Notes: a model not told the origin generated them from the letters alone. DNA of 64,000 bases from Takakia lepidozioides (GCA_030704615.1 CM060731.1:49352001-49416000), one strand, 5' to 3'. Shown: positions 24,514 through 39,100, counted from the stretch's first letter. Translations and numbers: made by a program.

Positions 24514-25311
24514 CAGTGTTGGCCAGGTATAGTACTTTACCCCAGTTAGTGAGTCGGTTACTACCCCGATTAGTAGGTATACATAACCGCATACAGGATA
24601 TTTTTACAAAATAGATCAAATAGATAACCGACGGTTGGGAGGTGAGTATGTATATGTATATGTACCCTATATTAAGGTTAGCACTACACTGTATACCCAG
24701 ATTAGTAAGGTGTTTTGACCACCCCTAGAGTGGTTACAGTATATGACACATTTCTCCTCACACAACGCAACTGCATTGATTGCCATGATTGTCTTCTTCC
24801 TCACACAACGCGGCTGCATTGATTGCCTACATGCCTCAGTATTAGCAACTTTTGCAAGAGGTGCGCTCAGTATGTATAACTTATTGCTATGTTAAATGTT
24901 AGCTAACTTCCCTCTTTGACTTTCTTTCTTTCTTACTCTAGTCATTTTATTTGTCATTGTGGATAAATCTCTCATGTACTTGGAGCATTCTAGCATTATC
25001 TATCTATTACTTATCTTTATTAAAGGTTCATTTGGATATCATGTGAGAATTGATTATTTTTAACAAAAATCATTAAGAAATACAAGTGCACATTCAATAT
25101 ATTATATGTAACCGCCAATTGCATATATATCCGCCAATTTTAAGACACCTCTAACCGTCGAAATTTGAAGAATTTTGTAGAATAGATAACCGGTGGATAT
25201 ATTAAAATAAAATTTTATCCTTATACATAACCATGGAGTGTGTCCATCCCAAAAATATTGAAGTAACCTTAACCGGCGGATATGTAAAATTCTTATAACC
25301 GGCCAACACTG
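24514..25311. mobile_element. Non-autonomous hAT element (MITE-like, 798 bp)
   Basis: TIRs CAGTGTTGGCC / GGCCAACACTG; perfect 8-bp TSD GTCACAAC (24506-24513, 25312-25319); TAACCG subterminal repeats; AT-rich interior. Confidence 0.93.
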
Positions 25312-26370
25312 GTCACAACGATGATGTCAGCCAAGTTAGCTTCAAGGTGAAGACTCCGGTGTATCTGATACACACTAAGGAGGGAGATTCTCCAACTCTA
25401 AGCACACTAATACAGAAACCGGTTTTTTTAACGGCTCTTCTCACACATTTTGGTGTGAAAAGAGCCCAAGTTCACACCCCCCCTTTGTGTTAGGTTAACC
25501 TAGTCCTTTGCACCACATGTGAACTTTCTTGGTCCTGTGAAAAAAACCATCTCACACCAAATTTGCACCTGATGTGGCAGTAGGATTAGGTGGCTCTTTT
25601 GACGGATATTTTGACGGCCGTTTTGACTGGTTAGTTCAACCACTATTTTGACTAAGTAATCTTAATGGTCTTTCTACGGTACTTATTACACCTCATTGCC
25701 ACCATGTCTGCCACATGTATGTCAAAGGGAATGCCACGTAATAGAGTCCATCAGAATTATTAAATAAATAATAGATATTAAGGGCTCTTCTTACGGATTC
25801 TCTCACACAGATTTAACACCAGGTTGAAGTCATGGTGTGATCGCAATGACACTAGTGTGAATACTGTCATATCCATTGTTTTGTTCATATTGAACGAAAA
25901 GTAAACAATTATTATTTGTTGACAAATGCCAAAATGAATAGTCATATTATTATTATTCTTATTCTTATAATAAATGGGATAGCACCCCAAAAGCCATTGG
26001 CTGCTTGATTTAATATGTAATATATTATTATTTTAGAATTTTTATTTGTTTTGTTTCATTTAAACAAAAGCTTATTTAAAACAGGGATAATAATTGTATT
26101 ATTAACCACATTGACCAATAGTAATGTTATTAATATTAAATATAGCAAACAACCAGCAAAATACCACATTCATGTCTACACAAGAAAAATTTGGCTTGAT
26201 GTGGGAAAATGAAGTTGCCCTTGAACAAGGGGATCTTGTGATCATACATGAGAATAGCAAGAGCATCAATTCAAAAATACTGTTCATGTGAGAAGAGCTG
26301 TTTTGTTCACCTGTCTCAGCAACCCTCAATCCATAAAGAAAACTAAACTAAACTTGTAGCACCTTCAATA

Positions 26371-29300
26371 TCACGCGTGTTTAAGAAACTTTTCAGACCA
26401 TAAGGTGGAACTTCCTTGCGTGTCACCCAATGTGGTATAATTAGGGGTAACAGAGTAGTCCGGGTACGGCAACACAACCTCTGAAATCATGACCGATTTC
26501 ACATGGATACGGTAATAGTTGTCTGACACATTTGCTTTCGGAAATCCAGCAATATATCCCACACCTGCCCTTCTTTTTGGTGCACAAGGATCAAACAATA
26601 ACACCTTGTCGCCGATCTGAAACTGCAACAAAAACCAGATTCCTATATCAGAAATGAACCCTGGAGAACAGAGACTGACAGCTTGGCACTCCTGCAAAAT
26701 GACATTGAAGTTCTTCCAGCAAACACCCCAACCCTACCTATTGCAGTACTTCCAATTCCGAATTGCATTTGCTTGTCTCTATACTACATGCTGACATGAT
26801 CAAAGCTGGAACGGTGCCATACCTAGTTGGTAGCGGGTTATGCATGGTCAACATGGATGTGGTAGGACGATGTCACAAATCTACCTTTGTAGGTTGTTGG
26901 GCCTGCAGCTATGTGGCGATACATAGGGGGTGTATTGATCCAGCATCAGACAAGGAAACAAAATTGCACAAAGGAAGTACTTACACTGTGCGGATTTTGT
27001 TGGTCACCCTGTGGTTCAGTTAGATCCACTGTGGTTGTAGTCTGATTGATAGCACATATTGTACTCTCCCTGTCCATTGAACGCTTCACTGGTTTCACCA
27101 TCTGTATATTGAATGACACAACGATCAAAAAATGAGAATAGCACGAATGACACACATTGTGAAGTAGCATTAACAATACAAATCCACCCACACGCCCAAG
27201 CATTGAAACTTTTGCTCTCACCTTTCTTTGATTATGCTTTGTTGTTGCATCGGGAGGCAAAGTCGTTGGAACTCTGGCAGCAGGAAGCCCTGGTTCAGAT
27301 GCCTTTGCAGATTGTTGTGATCCACTACCCATGGCTGCACTATTGAACAAGTAGTTGGGCTGCCCATATCTGTATGGGTGCCCTGACACATACTCAGGGA
27401 TGTGTGCGGCCTTGGATACACCCTCTAACCAAGGCAGTAATTCTTTCATAAGCCTCCTGCAGTTTGGCTGATCCCTCAACTTCCATGGATACGGGAAGAT
27501 GCAATTATTTGCAGGGTTGGGTAAGCAAGTGAGTGGGGAATCGTCCACCAGCAAAGTATTGGTTGCATTGTAATGGCTGTAGTCCTTCCAAAACTTACAT
27601 AAGTTCTTGTACATGACAGTTTTAGAAGGATTGAAAGGGTCCACCATTCCCACAGGCTGGTCACAATAGTCTTGACCAGTGAAGCACCATCTTTGGTTGC
27701 TTCCCACGAAACAAAGCTTTCACAACTGGAAGGACATTACTCAATGACATGGAAGACCATACACCTACATCAAAAATCTGAGGGCATCGGTCCAGAAACT
27801 CCTGACACCCAGGTCTGGAGGTGACAGTGGGCTCTAGGTATTCCCTTGTTCGTAGTCTGCTCTCACATAACAATCCATTCGATGTGTTTCTGCCTCTCAG
27901 TTGCCGAAGGGCAATTACCTACAACTTGTACATGATTATCATGTACAAAAGACACACCTTTCAGTGGGGCACTCTGCAAATTCATGGAGACCTCACAGGC
28001 ATATTGAGAGGGTAGTACATATGCCGACAGTGCTACTGGTGTAGGGGACAACAAAACTGATGAACACTTTGCAGTTGCCTCAACAATATGGGGGATGGAT
28101 TGAGTTCACCTTCAGACCAACCCTCCATGTCATCATCCCCCTCCATTTCTGAAAGCCCAAACAATGAGCCTATTGTGTTTGGCTTTGGTGGCGGTGAAGA
28201 AACTGCCTTGAACAGGTTGAGTGGTGAGCCCATAACATGAGAAATAGTCTCATTTGTTGTCTGTGGCGCAAAGGTGGTGCATGGTGGACCTGTAGGCTGT
28301 GAATCTGGCACATTCATGCCAAGTTTAGCTGCGAGCGCAATGTTGAATGCAGCTGCTGCCTCCAGTTGGACTTGGACTGCTTCCAAAGCTGCCTTGGAGC
28401 TGGCTTCCATCTGCACTTGTTTGTTTTCCATAGCATCAAGGCGAGCTGCTAGTGAACCAATTCCCTGCCCCATCACATAGAACACCTCCAAAGTAACAAT
28501 TCACTACACTGACTGATGAACTAGTAAGAAAAGAGAACCAAACGACAACTAGCAATGGCATGGAAATCACGAATATGTAATTCACACCAGAATTGATACT
28601 GAGTTTATATACCGTTGTGGCTGCACTGCCTGTACACCCCGACCCGTAGCCTTTGTCACTCCTGGCGCTACCGGCGATCTCCTGCAAACTTGGTGTACGT
28701 CCAGTCTCCTTCTCTTGTGATTGCAACAAACTTGCAAGTGTAAATGACTAGCATAGCACACTGCCAACAGTAAAGAATTATCTAGGATAGCGTCAATGAC
28801 TCCCCCTCAATAAGAGTGCTTAGTTTCTTGCTGGCGCCCAACTCTGAGAAGGCCCCCAAGTAGTAGCAATGTGTACTAATTCCATCCATATAGGAATAGA
28901 CTATGAGCTCCAGCCAAAAAAACCCAACACATAAAGTTTGTCAATGCAAAACAATGTGGGAACTTCCTATGTTGTAAGAGAAGTATACCAGTCGTGCTAC
29001 AACACCGCTGATTCCACTGCGACCCGATCGAGATGTATTCTTCACACATCCCCGCGCCTTGACACCATTTGCCTGGAATTTCTTGAAATCAGTGGAACCC
29101 CAACTAACAACTAGTTGTGCCCATGTCTTGTCTGGCACATGATGGGGTTTGGGCAGCCCCACACTATAGTAATTTTTTAACAGCTTATTTCGTTGGTACT
29201 TGAGCTGCCCGCAAATTGTTTTTGTAATAGCCTTTATGTTAAGACCAGGAGGTCCGTATTCCCAATCTGAAGCCAAGATCTCCATGATCTTTTCAATTAA

Positions 29301-30310
29301 GTGTAATGGTTGATCCTGAGCATACAATGACCAGTCCAACAAACGTTGACACTGCCCTCGCAGAGCTGTCATCCACTGGTTCCGAGCAGGACCTTCAGGG
29401 TTTCCAAGTTCATCACAAGAAATGAAAAATTTCCTCCTCCCTACAGCCACATTCTGAGCAGCCTGGTCTCTCAATCTTTTGCAAGTGCCCTTCTTTCCCT
29501 CCTTAAGGCATTTTTGCGTTCTATAGGAGTCACACCTGATGTCCCCCCAAGAGTAAGGCTGGAATCCTGCAAGGTTTCAGCAATACCTTGCATGTTACCA
29601 CCTTCACTCTGTTGGGGCTGGACTGTTGTCTCCCACCCCACAGGATGATGCGGAGCAAATGCATCCTCGGTCTGTTTCAGAATGCCTTTCCCTTTCAGGG
29701 TATTAGGTGTACTTGGAGATGTTGGATAAAGAGGTGGCCGCGGTGCAGTGAAGCTCGAAGGTGTCGGCTATTGTACTCCACTGTAGTTGGATCCTGAAGG
29801 TTGGTGGCCACCATACTGGACCTACCCCTGGTGTGGTCTTGCAGGGCTGGTAGGATAGAGGGAGGAAGTAGGTTGGTTGTACATAGGCCGAGGAGGATAC
29901 ATACTATGGGGATGCATTCCATAATGGTGGTAAATGGAATACCCACCTTGACTAGGATCATGCATTGGAGCGCCTGCAGGTGGAGCAAAAGAATTGTAAT
30001 TCTGGCACTGAGGATCATTGTTTGGAGGTTGATAGTGAAGATACGGCATGTGCCCATGCAGATTATACCCTGACATGGCAGGATACTGCGGGTACATAAG
30101 CGGATACGAGGGAGGAGCCGATACTGGTGGATACAAGGGAGCTGGAACGTCAGTCTGTGGAGTGGGCGGGGCTGGTTTTTCGTAAGTTGGAACAACCGCG
30201 CCACTCATCACAGCAGCTGACGCAATAGTTGGTGCACACTTTGCTGGAGTAAGAGACTTATGCTCATTCGCATCCTTCCCTGCAATTCCCTTCCTTTTTT
30301 TTACTGAACT
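26371..30310 (-). pseudogene. CACTA TnpA-like (Ptta/Transposase_24-like plus Tnp1-like C-terminal domain) multi-exon gene body; probable first exon at 39002-38688
   Basis: DELGNPEG..KPHHVPDKTWAQLVVSW..KARGCVKNTSRSGRSG (28990-29474); coiled-coil exon (28033-28490); terminal VVLPYP..TLGDTQGSSTLW domain (26371-26620); Pro/Tyr-rich exon. Confidence 0.65.
27340..27895 (-). pseudogene. FCP1/NIF (HAD-family CTD-phosphatase-like) domain embedded in the TnpA-like region
   Basis: NGLLC..RPGCQEFLDRC..FDVGVWSSM..KNLCKFW..YNATNTLLVDDSP..NPANNCIFP; the LVLDL strand before NGLL is missing; frameshifted. Confidence 0.72.
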
Positions 30311-30429
30311 CTGCACACATTGCTCAACATAAACATGAGAAACAATACCACCATACTACTAGGGATGGCAAACCTAGTGGGTAAGCGAAGCCCAAAGGCC
30401 TATGCAAGAAGACCCTGTCAGTCAGACCT

Positions 30430-31750
30430 GCCTATAACAGTGAGGAGTCTTCTAAAGAATGGAAGGGTACAGTGGAAATGATTGTCTACAATCCAAGACA
30501 ACCCTGAAAAACTGGAGTACATCACAAAGGGGTACAACGTGCCCATTAGTTCTTCTGAGATTGCTGAAGCAATAGAACATCTAAAGGGCTATAAAGTTGG
30601 TGTGTCTGATACGATTGTCAAGCCTGGTGTGATCATATGGTAGATGCCCTTGCACTCCTCTTTGACCTTATTTGGAAGACTGAAATGATACCCTTTCGCT
30701 GGAGAGAGGGTGTCAGTGTCAATCTGAGGTGACAGATGACAGCTTGGGAACTACCGTAGCATTACACTTCTTACCACAGTTTGCAAGCTGCTCTGTAGGA
30801 TAATAAGCACCCATCTTGAGGTTGATTTGGAGTCTGGAAGTGTTTTCCATGAAGGTGAGGCAGGCTTCCTGGGGGCTGTGTCAACCATGTCCCTGAGCTG
30901 GCCTATTCAAGGAAGGAAAAAAGAAAGAAACCTCTAAGGAAACCTCTGTCCTAGAACGACACCTTCCTTCTACAAAGGTTTCCTTCCTTGACATCTTATG
31001 GTGCATGCGCTGACATGCTCTCTTTGAGCACCAAAAGCTGAATGGATTCTAAAGTTTTAGCATGATTGGAGTTGGCCAACCCACACGGCAGATGTGTACT
31101 CCAAGGCCTGATAAGGCCTGATCTCTTCATAAGTGCTGGTATGGCGGCATCACCCACCTGTAACCCAAATCTCTTGCTTTCCTAATTTTTAAGGGGCTGA
31201 TAAACGAAAACATTGAAGAGCAGCGGGGAGAGGGTACAACCTTGAGGTACACCTTGGTCAATGTCAAAGAAATTAGACTTCTCGCTATTGACCACAACAC
31301 AAGCTTTGGTGTTCGTATGCAGGTTGTGAACCATCCTCCATATCTTTCCCCTGACCCCAGAAGCTGTAGAACAACTGACGTGGCTGCTCAGGGCGAGTTT
31401 GGAGTACCAGCCTTGAGCTCTCAACATGATGAGTTCAAGGTCAGATGGTACAGTCAGCTGAATTGCATGCCTCATACCAGCGACCCTATGATAAATACCT
31501 AAATATTAGGAAGGAACAACTCACCCTGCTAGATGAATCTGACGTGGAGGCTGAAGTGTCTAAGGCCATGTCAAAAGCATGAAGAATGTCCGAACAAAAC
31601 AATGTTAGGCATAAACTTCCCTGAACTCGTTTCCAGTTTGTGACATGGGTGAGGACTTTGAGGATGATCTGAAGGGCAGACCTACCCTTGGCACTAGACA
31701 GAAAATTTAACCTCAGGATGGGGAGTCTACCTTTGAACAATAAACAGATG
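30430..31750. mobile_element. Scrambled LINE RT remnants (+ strand ~30430-30880; - strand ~31182-31750)
   Basis: 30440-30730 resembles 37608-37975; NYRSITLL; minus-strand QGVPQGCTLSPLLFNVF. Confidence 0.7.
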
Positions 31751-32150
31751 CAGAGAGGAAAGGGAGATTGTCAATGCTCACTGGTGTGGGTGGCCTGAAG
31801 ACAATGTCCATTTTCTGATACAAGTCCGGGGTATTCTCATCAGAGAGCGACCCTCTTCAGGACCATCAAGAACATAGTCCCTGCACCTCTGTTCACCAAC
31901 TTTCAATATCTCAAGGCTGAGTCTAAAGCGGTGGCCCTGTTGGGGTCTCATTGCTTGGTAGCCCACATACAACATATTGATGCTTGTGTGAAGGGCTTTC
32001 TAAAAGGAATCTGGAAAGCCTGAACTAATGTTTATAACACGGTAAGTCCTACTACTGGAGTGAGCCCCTCATGTCTGTTCCCTCTTGTTCTGTTGGGCAT
32101 GGGCAAGGTCTGTGGCCACAAGGCTATGATAAGCAACTTCTCAGGAGTGC

Positions 32151-32153
<3 letters not shown>

Positions 32154-32188
<35 letters not shown>
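32154..32188 (+). repeat. (CT)n microsatellite
   Basis: Direct observation. Confidence 0.95.
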
Positions 32189-32191
<3 letters not shown>

Positions 32192-32859
32192 AGTCTCGAG
32201 GACGAAGGACTTCTTTGTGGGTTGTGTTTACATGCCCACAGAGGGGACGCTTTTGTGCTGATGCAGACAAAGCCTTCGAAGATCACTACAACAAATTGCG
32301 GCTTTTACGTCTCTGTGTTATGACTGCAAATGCAGTCATGGAAGCCATTTACGACTTCCTGACTCTGCAGACGTAAAGACCTAGTCAGTTGTGACATGGC
32401 AGATATGACTCTCCAGGCTGGCTGTCACATGGCGCCAGAGCAGCTGTGGGGTAGTCATACACGCTGGCATTTACTGAATGACTGAACGGGTCCATATCAG
32501 CCGTTGTGTAATAGAGACACGTGCTCTCTACAGAACACGCCACGTGTCAGACTGCGACGCCATCCGACTGCAGAGGAGGGAATCAGACGTCAGCATGTGT
32601 CGCATCGTGATTTTGACACGTGGTTCCTCATGTCAATTGACACGCGTCGCTGTTGGGGGTTGTAGATTTACTTTATTGTTATTATAATTACTAAAATAAT
32701 AATAATAATTTGTTATTATTATTATTATTACTGACCAACATGGGACAGTGGCACATTATTAAATAACGAATTTTTGAAATTATATTCTTAGATAAAATAT
32801 TTATTCGCTCAGATACCAAAACACACCCTTACGGGGAAGGAGAGTTTGCCTTAGTGCCT

Positions 32860-35680
32860 GTGCTGAATTGCATCTGCTACTGTTACCTGTTTATGGATAC
32901 TTTTTATTGTCACTTTGGCAGTATCATATCAAAGTCACTCCAAACTATCTACCATCTACCCATGACCATCTACCCATGCAGGTTTCTTGTAGCTATCCTT
33001 CCACAGGGAATCATCGGTAATCTGGAGCTTGAAATCCGGCTTTCTTGGATGATCTGGACCCACACTCTATCCCTGCTCCTTCAGCTATCCATGCCTCTGC
33101 ATAGATCATGCATATTCCTTGCATTGCTGTTAGCAGCTGACAATGACAGCCTACATTTGTTCCAGCAAACACCCAACTCAACTTACCACACTAGTTCCTA
33201 TTCTCAATTGCATCTGTTACTCTCTGTAATCCGACAGGCATTTACCTTTTTGCCTCGGTTGTCCCACCATTGACTGGGGTTAGAAAAGTATTCATTCCAC
33301 AGCTTCCCCTCATCTCCGTTAACTGTTTTTCGATACTTTCCTGTTGTCACATTGGCAATATCATGTCAAAGTCACTCCAAACTAGATTCACTCAACCAGC
33401 TAACTTGCAGACATTGAAATTTAGGGCCGGTTCTGATAAGAGGGAAAAACAGGGTGAAATGTGTTGAAGAAGGTGCCTTTATTAGCAGTGCTTGATTTTA
33501 TCAATTGTGCCCCACACCACTTGCTCATAGACCTCTCCAAAGGGCCTCCATCCCGTGCCGCTGTTGTGCATATCCTGGGATTATCATCCTCCATGCACCC
33601 CAATTTGGCATACAAGTCGACAAGGGCATAGTTCAGAACAACATTTGTTTAATTCCAGCTTGGACGATCAACATCACAAACCCCGTCTTCACTCATTGCC
33701 TACTCTAGATAAGTGCAATTATGGGCTAGGCTGGTACCACATCTCATTCAGCCATATTATCAAAACAACCATGTATCCTTGTAGTTGCACCCTGCAACCT
33801 TGGCATACATGTCCACTACGGCAACGTTCAGAATCACATCAAATACAATACCAGCTTTGACAATATCACCGTGGACCTTTGTACCCTTTTTCAGGGCTGC
33901 CAGGCGTGCATTTGACATACATATCCACCAAGGCAGTGTTTAGAGTGACATCTAGTGGTACAATTCCAGATTTGATAATGGACCTTTGCGTCCTTTCCAG
34001 GGCTACCAGGCTCGCTTTGGACATACATGTACACCAGGGGAATGTTCAGAATGACATCAGGTACAATTCCAGCTTTGATGATGTCACCATGAACCTCTTG
34101 GCCCCTTCCCAGGGCTGCTAGGCTCGCATATGCATATTAACAAACACAAATGAACATGACCTGGTTTGGCTTCATCCTTTCCCACATCATTTGTTCTTAG
34201 GTTTCCAAAGCCTTACTCCCACACCTATGCTACACACACCTTACAATCATGGCAGTCCACAACACCACATCTCATTTAGCCATGTTGTCGAACTCTCCCT
34301 TTGCATCAGGCTTGCTGCACCCACATTTGGCATACATGTCCACTAGGGCAGTGGTCAGAATGACAACTAGTACAGTTTCAGCTTTGACGATGGCACATGG
34401 CCAAGAGATATCCCAATATCCCGCTACCAATGGGTTCAATGCATACTCTTGTCACATTGGCAGTATCATGTCAAAGTCACTCCAACTAGATTCACTCAAC
34501 CAGCTAATTGAACATGAAAATTTAGGGCCGATTCTGATAAGAGGGGAAAATAGGGTGAAATGTATTTCAGAAGGTGCCTTCATTAGCAGTGCTTGATTGT
34601 ATCAATTGTGCTGCTGCTGCTGCGGCTTCCAATTGACCATCTACCCATGCAGGTTTCTTGTATCTATCCTTCCACAGGGAATCATAGATAATCTGGAGCT
34701 TGAAATCTGGCCCTCTTCCACACTCTATCCCTGCTTCTTCAGCTATCTATGCCTCTGCACAAAATCATGCATACAACAATCATTCCAGCAAACACCCCCA
34801 ACCTTACTTATCAATGAGCAACGAGCTAACTTACATAATTCAATATGCATCTCAAGGCCGAGTCTGATGAGAGGGCAAAACAGGCTGAAATAGGTCGAAG
34901 AAGAACCCATAGAGGATTTGACCGACCATCAACCCAAAAGGACCTCTTGTGTGTGCTGCTTGTGTCTTGTAGTCAGGTAATGTCGGATTGGTCTGTGAGA
35001 ACCAACATGGTGCAGATGAGCAGGCAGAGATTGAAACACGGCCTGTTAATACCAAGCTGACTCTCCCAAGAACCTTGAAACATCAGGAAGAATACCAAAT
35101 CATGGTACTAACAGGAGCCAACAGCCCACATTTGCAGGATGGACAAACTTCTTCACATCGTACATTAAGGAAAAGCCACACCTTGCCATTGCGGTTGTCG
35201 CACCATCGTGAAGGATCTTTAAAAATCTCATGCCAACTCTGCTCCGTGCTGCAAATGAAGGGCCGAGTCTGATGAGAGGGCAAAACAGGCTGAAATAGGT
35301 CGAAGAAGAAGGTGCCCTCACCACATTGTCCTCGACCTTGTGTCATGGCCCATGGAGGATTTGACTGACCATGAACCCAAGAGGACCTCTTCAGTGTGCT
35401 GCTTGTTTCTGTAGTCAGGTAATGTCGGATTGGTCAGTGAGAACCACCACGGTGTAGCTGAGTGGGCAGAGATTGAAACACGGCCTGCTAAGACCAAACT
35501 AACTCTCCCAAGAACCTTGTAAACATCAGGAAGAATACCAAATCATGGTACTAACAGGAGCCAACAACCCACATTTGCAGGATGGACAAACTCATGCCAG
35601 CTCTGCTCCGTGCTGTAAAATCAGGGCCGAGCGGGTAGAGATTGAAACACGGCCTGCTAAGACGAAGCTGACTCTCCCAA
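32860..35680 (-). pseudogene. Captured host-gene fragments in nested CACTA: PLS-PPR pieces and OSB-type PDF-motif exons, locally duplicated
   Basis: MYAKLGCMEDD and other PPR-like pieces at 33500-34400; HPRKPDFKLQITDDSLWKDSYKKPAWVDG at ~32965-33055; SWHEIFKDPSRWCDNRNGK at ~35182-35240; ~410-bp duplication across 34855-35680. Confidence 0.7.
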
Positions 35681-35932
35681 GAACGGCGGGCTCCCAGCCG
35701 AAACCTCCTCGCACACATACCGTAGCGTTTCTAGGGTTGCTTGCTCCAAATGCGAAGGTTGATCCAATTGCGGGCCTCCCATGCATGTTTGCCCTCTCTC
35801 CCGCTCGCTCGCTCTAAGTCCCAACCCTCTCTCTCTCTCCCTCCCGCTCGCTCTAAGTCTGTTCACGCTACCGTGATGGGCAACTTTGTAAGTTTTTTAA
35901 CATTTTTGTAAACCCTAAAAGCCCCTCTTTGA

Positions 35933-36141
35933 TTTTTTTTCTTTTTTTTCTTTTCTTAAAGGAAACCACAGGCCCTTGAGGAGGGGGGAAAATTCACCCG
36001 CCTTCATTTATGGGCCATAAGACGTACATGACGATCAACGCCCAGACATACCGTCACGAACAATCCCACACACGGGATAAGGCAGCGGGTTTGAACCCCA
36101 AACCACCAGGGCGACACACTGTGCACTTACCAGCCGATGTG
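35933..36141 (-). mobile_element. Putative tRNA-derived SINE
   Basis: Degenerate A-box (GGCTGGTAAG) and B-box GGTTCAAACCC (36097-36087) on the minus strand; ~200 bp; A-rich tail at 35933-35957. Confidence 0.55.
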
Positions 36142-39100
36142 TTTTTTTTTTTTTTTTAATTACATTTTGTTTTTTTAATAAAATTGATTCTAGTGGTCAG
36201 AGTCTCCGTTTTTTCAAAATATAAATACTCATATATTATATATATAACCAGAAAAGCATGTGTCGACATGTGCAGTCATGTAGTGATTCATCCATGTGAT
36301 GATATGGCAGAATGCATTAGAGTGAGAGTCATGAAGTCATATGTCTTTCTAGCAATATACACACGTCATTCTAGTGTAGCCATGACCGTGACTGGTAGTC
36401 ATATCTGCCATGCCAATATTCGTGGTCAAACATGTTTGACCTGTGTTGCGCAGAGTCCGGAGCCATGCAGTCGCATATACGCCTTCCCCAGACCTGCATT
36501 ATGACTTCAAAAGCATTTTACGACTGCAAATGGCATTTCTGCCACAAATCTGTCATGACTGCGTACCCATGGGAGTCGTAAAAGCCGCAATCTGTTGTAG
36601 TGGATGTAAAGCTGGACCGTGCTTCGTTCCTTGCCAAAGGTCAGGTGGTGCTATTGGGTGACTTCAATGCCCGGGTGAGCAAAGGGCTCCATCAGGACGA
36701 TATCATTGGACCTTTTGGTGAGGACGAACTGAATTCTAATGGCAGACGGTTAATTAACTGTCTAGAAGATCTTCAGCTTTTGACCTTGAATAACAGGACA
36801 AGAGGTGACCAAGTGCAGTGGACTCGTGAGAAATCCCAAACTGGGGAACGTTCCATTGTGGATTATATCATAATGGAGAAAAATTTGTTCCCCCAGTGTG
36901 CCAATGTGTTGATCGACAGAACTGATATTGGTACCTCTGACCAGTTCCTGGTTTGGAATGAGATCAAAAGGTGTTTTCCCAACACCAAGAGATATGTGAA
37001 ACATTTTATTCGGAAGTGGCGCATAGAAAAACTCCATAATGAGGAGGTCAAGGCTGAGTATGTCCAGGCCTTGCAAGAGGCTCTCCCTCATTTTGTCCAA
37101 TCGCTCCAAGAACTTCAGTCTCGCTCTGATAACGCAAGAAATGAAGTCGAAAGAGCAGGGGACTCTTGGGAGAGTTTCGTTTCCTCCGTGGTTGACAAGA
37201 TCATTGGGATGAAACTAATTGTCTGTGGTAGAGCTGTTAATTGGTGGACCAATGAGATTAAACTCAAGATAGCTGAGAGACGAGCCCTCTATAAAGAGTG
37301 CTACAATTTGGAAACCAACAGAGAATTGTGGGCGAGGTACTACCAGCTCCGTAAAGATATCAAACAGTTTGTTAGGTCTCACAAGAAATTATACTGGGAC
37401 AAGTTATACAGTGAAATAAACTCAAACCACCATGGTGGTAATGACAAGAAATTCTGGTTGGCCCTTCAACATTTGTACAAGCCCGAAAAATGGTCAGCAA
37501 GTACAAGCGCTGAAGACTACTAAAGGTGCAGTGGTGACTTCATCAGTTGACATTGTCAAAACCTTTGAAACTCACTACAGTATCCTTGGCATAACTTCTA
37601 GGTCTAACAGTGAGGGGTCTTCTACTGAATGGAGGGACACAGTTGGAAAAACTGTTCCTATGATGCAAAACAGCCCTGATGAACTGGAGTATATTTCAAT
37701 GGCTTATAACGCTCCCATTAGTCCTTCTGAGATTGTGGAAGCAATTGAACATTTAAATGGATATAAAGCTGGTGGACCTGATGGTATTGTCAACGAGCTT
37801 ATCAAGCACGGTGGCGATCCCATGCGGGTTGCCAACATAAATCAGGCATTGGCAGAGACGGTTCAATCCATCAACTTCAAGAAAAAATTCAATCCCTAGT
37901 TCTCCTCTTTAACCTGATCTAGAAGACTGAAACGATCCCCTTTCGCTGGTGACAGGGCGTCATTGTCAATCTATACAAGAAGGATTTATAGAGGATATCT
38001 AGAAAACCCGAATTAATTCTATATATGACTTCAGGTAAGTCTTACTACCAACATCAGCCCCTGACAGAGGTAGGTTCTGTCCCTTTTGTTCCCGCTCAAA
38101 CTGGGCGCGGGGTCAATGTCCACAAGGCTACGGCAAACAACGTCTTATGAGTACAATCTCTCTCTCTCTGATGAAAATGAAGTTAGACAAAGTGGCTTGT
38201 CACTACCGTTCATGTTGTTGTTCTTCTTGGTCCATGGATTGGTGAGAGACAATCACCAAGTCAAAACCACTATTCTCAGTTTATGGGTTCAAGATGAAAA
38301 AAGAAAAAGAGGCAACATTTATATACCATCATGAAGGAGAGTCAAGCATACCATAAGAGTACCGACACTCACATTGTTGAAAACAAAGGCACATGGTCCA
38401 CAAGTTGAATTGGCAAAGAGATGTTGGAGGGTTTAGGGGTAAGGACTTCAAGTGCCTCTAGTGCTGCACTGTCTATGTGACTTTGTTGAAGAAGAAGTAT
38501 GACCCCCACAACTGTTGGCCTCATTACAATCCAGAAAGCAGGCAACTGGAGTTGACATTCCAGTGAGCCTTTTCCCACCCAAATTCATATGCAAGACTCA
38601 TGCCCAACAACCTTGCTGCAATTGTTTCTTACCCTCACTGCCTTTTCATATGCACATGGAGACAGAACTTTGGTGCAGATCGCAAACCTGCTGATGGGTT
38701 GGGGAGTTTGCAGGGTGCTTTGCGCGCTTTGTCTTTGTTGGGGCTTCTTTCATCGTTTCCATCTCTGACTCCGAGCTGGTCTCATTCAAGTCTTCATGTG
38801 CGGCATAATCTTGGTCTCACTGCAATTCTTGCTCTCGTGCCTCCTCTGTGTTTGACTCCGCTTGAACCTGCGCTTCCTCCTCTTGCTCTACCTCTTTCTC
38901 CCGTTGTGACATTGCAGAGTGCAGGAGTTGAACTCTGTGACTTCGGCGAGGAGGACCTGTGTGTTTGAGGATTTCCTCAACAAGACGTTTAGGGCGACTC
39001 AAGCTCTCTTCGACGCTGCAAAGAAGAAGAAAGACAAAGTCAGCAGCTGCAAAACCCTAACATATCCTCTCTGCAGGTTTGGAGCTTTTAATGCGGTTTC

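Larger units (their letters stand above)
32284..36602. mobile_element. Nested non-autonomous (Pack-type) CACTA element, 4.3 kb
   Basis: TIRs CACTACAACAAATTGCGGCTTTTACG vs CACTACAACAGATTGCGGCTTTTACG (25/26 match); 3-bp TSD GAT (32281-32283, 36603-36605). Confidence 0.95.
32190..37985 (+). mobile_element. LINE ORF2 fragment (APE endonuclease to start of RT), split by nested CACTA at 32284-36602
   Basis: FFVGCVYMP..KAFED (32208-32283) joins VKLDRASFLAKGQVVLLGDFNARV; SIVDYII, TSDQFLV, KAGGPDGI. Confidence 0.85.
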
